Assembly: GCA_023129485.1 (NCBI GenBank)
Contig: JAGMBY010000036.1
Coordinates: 1 to 44,009, forward strand
Origin: Actinomycetes bacterium
Lineage (GTDB): Bacteria > Actinomycetota > Humimicrobiia > JAHJRV01
Length of the DNA: 44,009 nucleotides
Direction: 5' to 3'
Each line of letters begins with the position of its first letter. Within the stretch, counting starts at the first letter, position 1. The notes beneath the pieces were generated by a model that was given only the letters and a program-made list of their open reading frames with translations, ran no database searches and was not told the DNA's origin. Positions 40,688-44,009 of the stretch are shown here, one piece after another. The position numbers were made by a program, and so were the translations under genes.

Positions 40688-40834
40688 TTCTTCTCCCTAA
40701 ATATTAATTTTTCTAAATCTCCTTTAAATCTTCTATTATTCTGATTATTAATTATACTGATTATATCCTTTTGTTATTTGTTTCAAAATCTATTTATTAT
40801 TGGTTTATTTAATCTTTAAAGATACCCTCATATT

Positions 40835-41344
40835 TTACCCTTTTATTATTAACTCCTCTAAAGGGATTCTTCTACTCTCTTTCTTTTCTTGTGGCATTTT
40901 TCCTAATGTTATAAGAGCCATTAATTCAAGGTTTCCTGGAAGATTTAAAAACTTCTCAACTTTTTCATGTCTATTTACAATTTCCCCTATCCAGCAAGTA
41001 CCAATTTCAAGCTCATGTGCTGCAAGTAGAATATTTTGTATACATGCTCCTATTGATTGGATGCTTTTGATTCTATCACCTTGAAAATTTTTATCCAAAA
41101 ATATCAATATATTGACTTTTGACTTTCTCAGGATGTTAGCATATTTTGTGAATTGACATAAATCTTCAATTCTTTGAGCATCCTTCATTATTATAAATCT
41201 CCAGGGTTGAAGATTTTTAGCAGAAGGTGCCCATCTACCTGCTTCCAAAATCTGATTTATCTCCTCATCTTTAATTTGTTCATCAGTATAATTTCTTATA
41301 CTTCTTCTATTAAGTATTGCATTAAAAACTGGATATTCTTTCAT
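40835..41344 (-). CDS. nitroreductase family protein
   Basis: RRSIRNY, WAPSAKNLQPWRF, QNILLAAHELEIGTCWIG; AAGGAG RBS. Confidence 0.9.
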   Translation of the reverse strand: MKEYPVFNAILNRRSIRNYTDEQIKDEEINQILEAGRWAPSAKNLQPWRFIIMKDAQRIEDLCQFTKYANILRKSKVNILIFLDKNFQGDRIKSIQSIGACIQNILLAAHELEIGTCWIGEIVNRHEKVEKFLNLPGNLELMALITLGKMPQEKKESRRIPLEELIIKG

Positions 41345-41397
41345 GTTTGCTCCTTTAATTTAAAAGCTTTAATTTGGTAAGAGCTAAGTAAATCTTG

Positions 41398-41526
41398 TGT
41401 CATTGCGACCCTGAGTGGAGCGAAGGGGAAGCAATCCCAGAATTTAACAGTTTATTCTAAAGGAGATTGCTTTGTCGCTTACGCTCCTCGCAATGACAAT
41501 AAGATATTAATCTCCTCGCAATGACA
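41398..41526. repeat. convergent pair of TGTCA-tagged REP-like hairpins plus a duplicated end
   Basis: 41398-41439 (+) TGTCATTGCGACCCTGAGTGGAGCGAAGGGGAAGCAATCCCA; 41462-41498 (-) TGTCATTGCGAGGAGCGTAAGCGACAAAGCAATCTCC; CTCCTCGCAATGACA repeated at 41512-41526. Confidence 0.85.
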
Positions 41527-41596
41527 GCATTGACTGAATATTTACATTTTCAGATCTATATTAACTTTTTTTCAATAAACTTTTATAGTAAGAATT

Positions 41597-42367
41597 TTAA
41601 TCAGTTAAATTAAAAACAAAAATTGCTAATGTAATCATAACTACTGCAAATATTGATATAACCAATATATTGATAAAAAATGGATGTGCTAAAAATGTCC
41701 TATCTTCTAACATTACATATCTTAGAGCATCTATACTATAACTTAGAGGGTTTAGATTAACTAAATATTCTAACCATTTTGGCAATTCTTTTAATGGAAA
41801 CATTGCACCAGATAAAAAGAACATAGGCATAACTAAAAAATTCATTATCATATTAAAACCTTGCATACTTTTCATTCTTGATGCAATTAATATTCCAAGT
41901 GAAGTAAGAGCGAAGGAGGTTAATAAAATTAATAAACAAATTTTAATAATCATTGGAAAATTTAGTTTTATATGAAGCAAAGGGGCAAATATAAGCAATA
42001 TTATTCCCTGAAAAAGAGATATAGTGCTACCACTTAGAGCTTTCCCAACAACTATTGATGTTCTTGAGATTGGGGCAACCAATATCTCCTTTAAAAAACC
42101 AAATTCTCTATCCCATACTATTGAGAATGCTGAAAAAAGTGAGGTAAATAGGACTATCATTCCTAATATTCCTGGATAAACAAAATCCATATACCAATCT
42201 CCTCCTCTTCCCCCAAACATTCCAAATGCACTAGACAGTCCACTTCCTAAAATAAATAGATAAAGTGAAGGTCTTGTTATACCTGTGATAAGACGAGGTT
42301 TATCCCTGAAAAATCTTTTTATATCTCTTAACCAGATTATGTAAATTCCTTTTAAATCTCTTATCAT
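41597..42367 (-). CDS. ABC-2 type exporter permease (DrrB-like)
   Basis: PGILGM, WDREFGFLKEILVAP, PMFFLSGAMFP, NPLSYSIDALR. Confidence 0.9.
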   Translation of the reverse strand: MIRDLKGIYIIWLRDIKRFFRDKPRLITGITRPSLYLFILGSGLSSAFGMFGGRGGDWYMDFVYPGILGMIVLFTSLFSAFSIVWDREFGFLKEILVAPISRTSIVVGKALSGSTISLFQGIILLIFAPLLHIKLNFPMIIKICLLILLTSFALTSLGILIASRMKSMQGFNMIMNFLVMPMFFLSGAMFPLKELPKWLEYLVNLNPLSYSIDALRYVMLEDRTFLAHPFFINILVISIFAVVMITLAIFVFNLTD

Positions 42368-42505
42368 ACTTATTTATCCTATTATTATTTATCAGTTTTA
42401 TAAAAAATTGAGTTAACATTTTTAACATTTTCTTTAATTATTCAGTCTCTAACTCTTCCCATATAAGGAGAAGGAATTTTTAAATAAATTATTAAATTTA
42501 GAATT

Positions 42506-43507
42506 TTAGCGACGCATTCTCCCCATTTTAAAACGTTTTCTCATTCTATCTAAACCGCTTACAGTTTCCTCTCTTATTTTTTTTCCTGTCAAACTCAAGA
42601 ATACATCATCTAAAGTTGGTTTCCTTGCACTTATTGAAATAATCTCCTCTTTAGATTCTTTTATAAACTTGGGGATGAATTTTTCAGAATCATAAACTTC
42701 AAACTGGATCTTGTTATTATAAAAAATTATATTTTTTACTTTTTTTTTCTTCAGTTCTTCATTTAAACTTCTATTATCAGAAGTTTCAACAGTTATAATA
42801 TCTCCTCTTACCCTCTTTTTTAAATTTATAGGAGTATCCATAGCGATAATTTTCCCTACATCTATAATAGCTATTCTGTCACAATTCTCTGCTTCATCCA
42901 TGTAATGAGTTGTAAGAAAAATTGTAATATTTTCTTTTTCTTTCAAGTCTCTAATGTATTCCCATACCCTATTTCTTGTTTGGGGGTCAAGACCTAAAGT
43001 AGGTTCATCTAAAAAAAGTACTTTTGGATAATGTATTAATCCTCTTGCTATCTCCAACCTTCTTTTCATACCACCGGAGAAGTTAAGCACCAAATCATTT
43101 TTTCTATCCTTTAGTTCTACAATTTCTAAAACTTCATCAATTCTTTTCTTTGCTATTTTTCTTTCAATGTTGTAAACCATAGCATGAAATTCTAGATTCT
43201 CCTTAGCTGTTAGCCAATCATCCAAACTTGGATCCTGAAAAACAAGTCCGATACATTGTCTAACCTTATTTCTATTTTTTGTAACATCATAACCGTTTAG
43301 AACAGCCTCTCCACTTGTTGGAGAAAGTAGTGTGCATAGCATATCTATTGTTGTAGTCTTTCCTGCACCATTTGGACCTAAAAAACCGAATATTTCACCT
43401 TCATTAACATTAAAACTCACTTCGTTTACTGCAGTTAAATTCTTGAACCTTTTAGTAAGTTTTTTAACAGATATAATTGTATTCAATTTATCTCTTTCTA
43501 TTAGCAC
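42506..43507 (-). CDS. ABC-2 type exporter ATPase (DrrA-like)
   Basis: GPNGAGKTT, FSGGMKRRLEIARG, FLDEPT, TTHYMDEA, PTLDDVFLSLTG. Confidence 0.92.
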   Translation of the reverse strand: MLIERDKLNTIISVKKLTKRFKNLTAVNEVSFNVNEGEIFGFLGPNGAGKTTTIDMLCTLLSPTSGEAVLNGYDVTKNRNKVRQCIGLVFQDPSLDDWLTAKENLEFHAMVYNIERKIAKKRIDEVLEIVELKDRKNDLVLNFSGGMKRRLEIARGLIHYPKVLFLDEPTLGLDPQTRNRVWEYIRDLKEKENITIFLTTHYMDEAENCDRIAIIDVGKIIAMDTPINLKKRVRGDIITVETSDNRSLNEELKKKKVKNIIFYNNKIQFEVYDSEKFIPKFIKESKEEIISISARKPTLDDVFLSLTGKKIREETVSGLDRMRKRFKMGRMRR

Positions 43508-43531
43508 ATATAATTATTTTAATATTTACAA

Positions 43532-43726
43532 CTATTTTTCTTTACCCTCTTCTTCTTTCCAGCAAGGGTCATTATATCCCAATGCTCTGCATTTTTCTGG
43601 GTGCTCAATTGGATATTTACCTAAATAGCAAATATAACTTATCCTTTCTCCAAAGCATTGTGGAGTAGTTTTATCAGTTGTTACTTTTGAGGGTATTACA
43701 TCCTCTCTAAAATGCTTGCAAGCCAT
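43532..43726 (-). CDS. small Cys-containing hypothetical protein (64 aa)
   Basis: GAGGTGA RBS before the ATG, co-oriented with neighbours, five Cys. Confidence 0.6.
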   Translation of the reverse strand: MACKHFREDVIPSKVTTDKTTPQCFGERISYICYLGKYPIEHPEKCRALGYNDPCWKEEEGKEK

Positions 43727-43826
43727 TTTAAAAAATCACCTCTTAGTAGGAGATCATCCCTTTTAAGAATTTTCCTTTACATTTGTTATAGAAGCTTTAT
43801 AGAGAATATGAAGAATTAGTAATAAT

Positions 43827-44009
43827 TTATTCTTCTTTTGTTTCCTCTTCTTCAATAAAAGCTTTCTCCCGGATTTTTTCCTCAACTTCTTTTGCTTGTT
43901 TTATACCTGCTTCTATTGCACTGGAAATCCTTTTCTTTAAAGTATCAATAGTTGGACCCAATTTTTCTTTTGCTTCCTCGAATTTTTCTCTACCTTTTTC
44001 TGTTAATTC
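43827..44009 (-). CDS. 3' end of a coiled-coil protein, possibly YtxH-like (truncated by window edge)
   Basis: Open frame ELTEKGREKFEEAKEKLGPTIDTLKKRISSAIEAGIKQAKEVEEKIREKAFIEEEETKEE-stop. Confidence 0.6.
   Translation of the reverse strand, partial: ELTEKGREKFEEAKEKLGPTIDTLKKRISSAIEAGIKQAKEVEEKIREKAFIEEEETKEE

Noticed and set aside
7030-41526. Dispersed palindromes as a CRISPR array or integron attC sites
   Set aside because: Copies are scattered with no regular repeat-spacer period, no cas or integrase gene, and no GTTRRRY core ends.
379-43668. Many short antisense or overlapping ORFs in the track (e.g. 379-687, 13212-13607, 15525-15868, 23472-23870, 26094-26462)
   Set aside because: Shadows of well-supported genes on the opposite strand or in another frame; no RBS or motifs.

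Overview
AT-rich chromosomal segment of an anaerobic bacterium (ddl, ECF sigma/anti-sigma, sigma70 promoters, Shine-Dalgarno sites). In order: a dif/Xer-like 28-bp site beside a GC-richer feoA plus decayed feoB; small housekeeping enzymes; a minus-strand cluster moaD - tungsten-type aldehyde:ferredoxin oxidoreductase - 4Fe-4S subunit - hdrA::mvhD - hdrC - hdrB - polyferredoxin, where the two hdrA ORFs in the track are one gene joined by an in-frame UGA at a conserved Cys position (probable selenocysteine, SECIS-like hairpin); nrdD with a 466-aa LAGLIDADG intein, nrdG and tandem NrdR boxes; MFS, PKD protein, a bacterial eRF1-like protein lacking the catalytic Gln, glycerate kinase, ddl; a padR-thl-hbd-crt-bcd-etfB-etfA(ferredoxin-fused) acyl-CoA operon; htrA, ECF sigma, cobalamin riboswitch with btuFCD, anti-sigma; MBL hydrolase, nitroreductase, ABC-2 exporter and two small ORFs. 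Intergenic regions hold at least eight TGTCA-tagged REP-like hairpins built from nested TGA/GAA (tandem G.A) units. The best candidates for something new are the AOR-Hdr-polyferredoxin module and the telescoping repeat family. All calls come from reading the sequence; no database searches were run.
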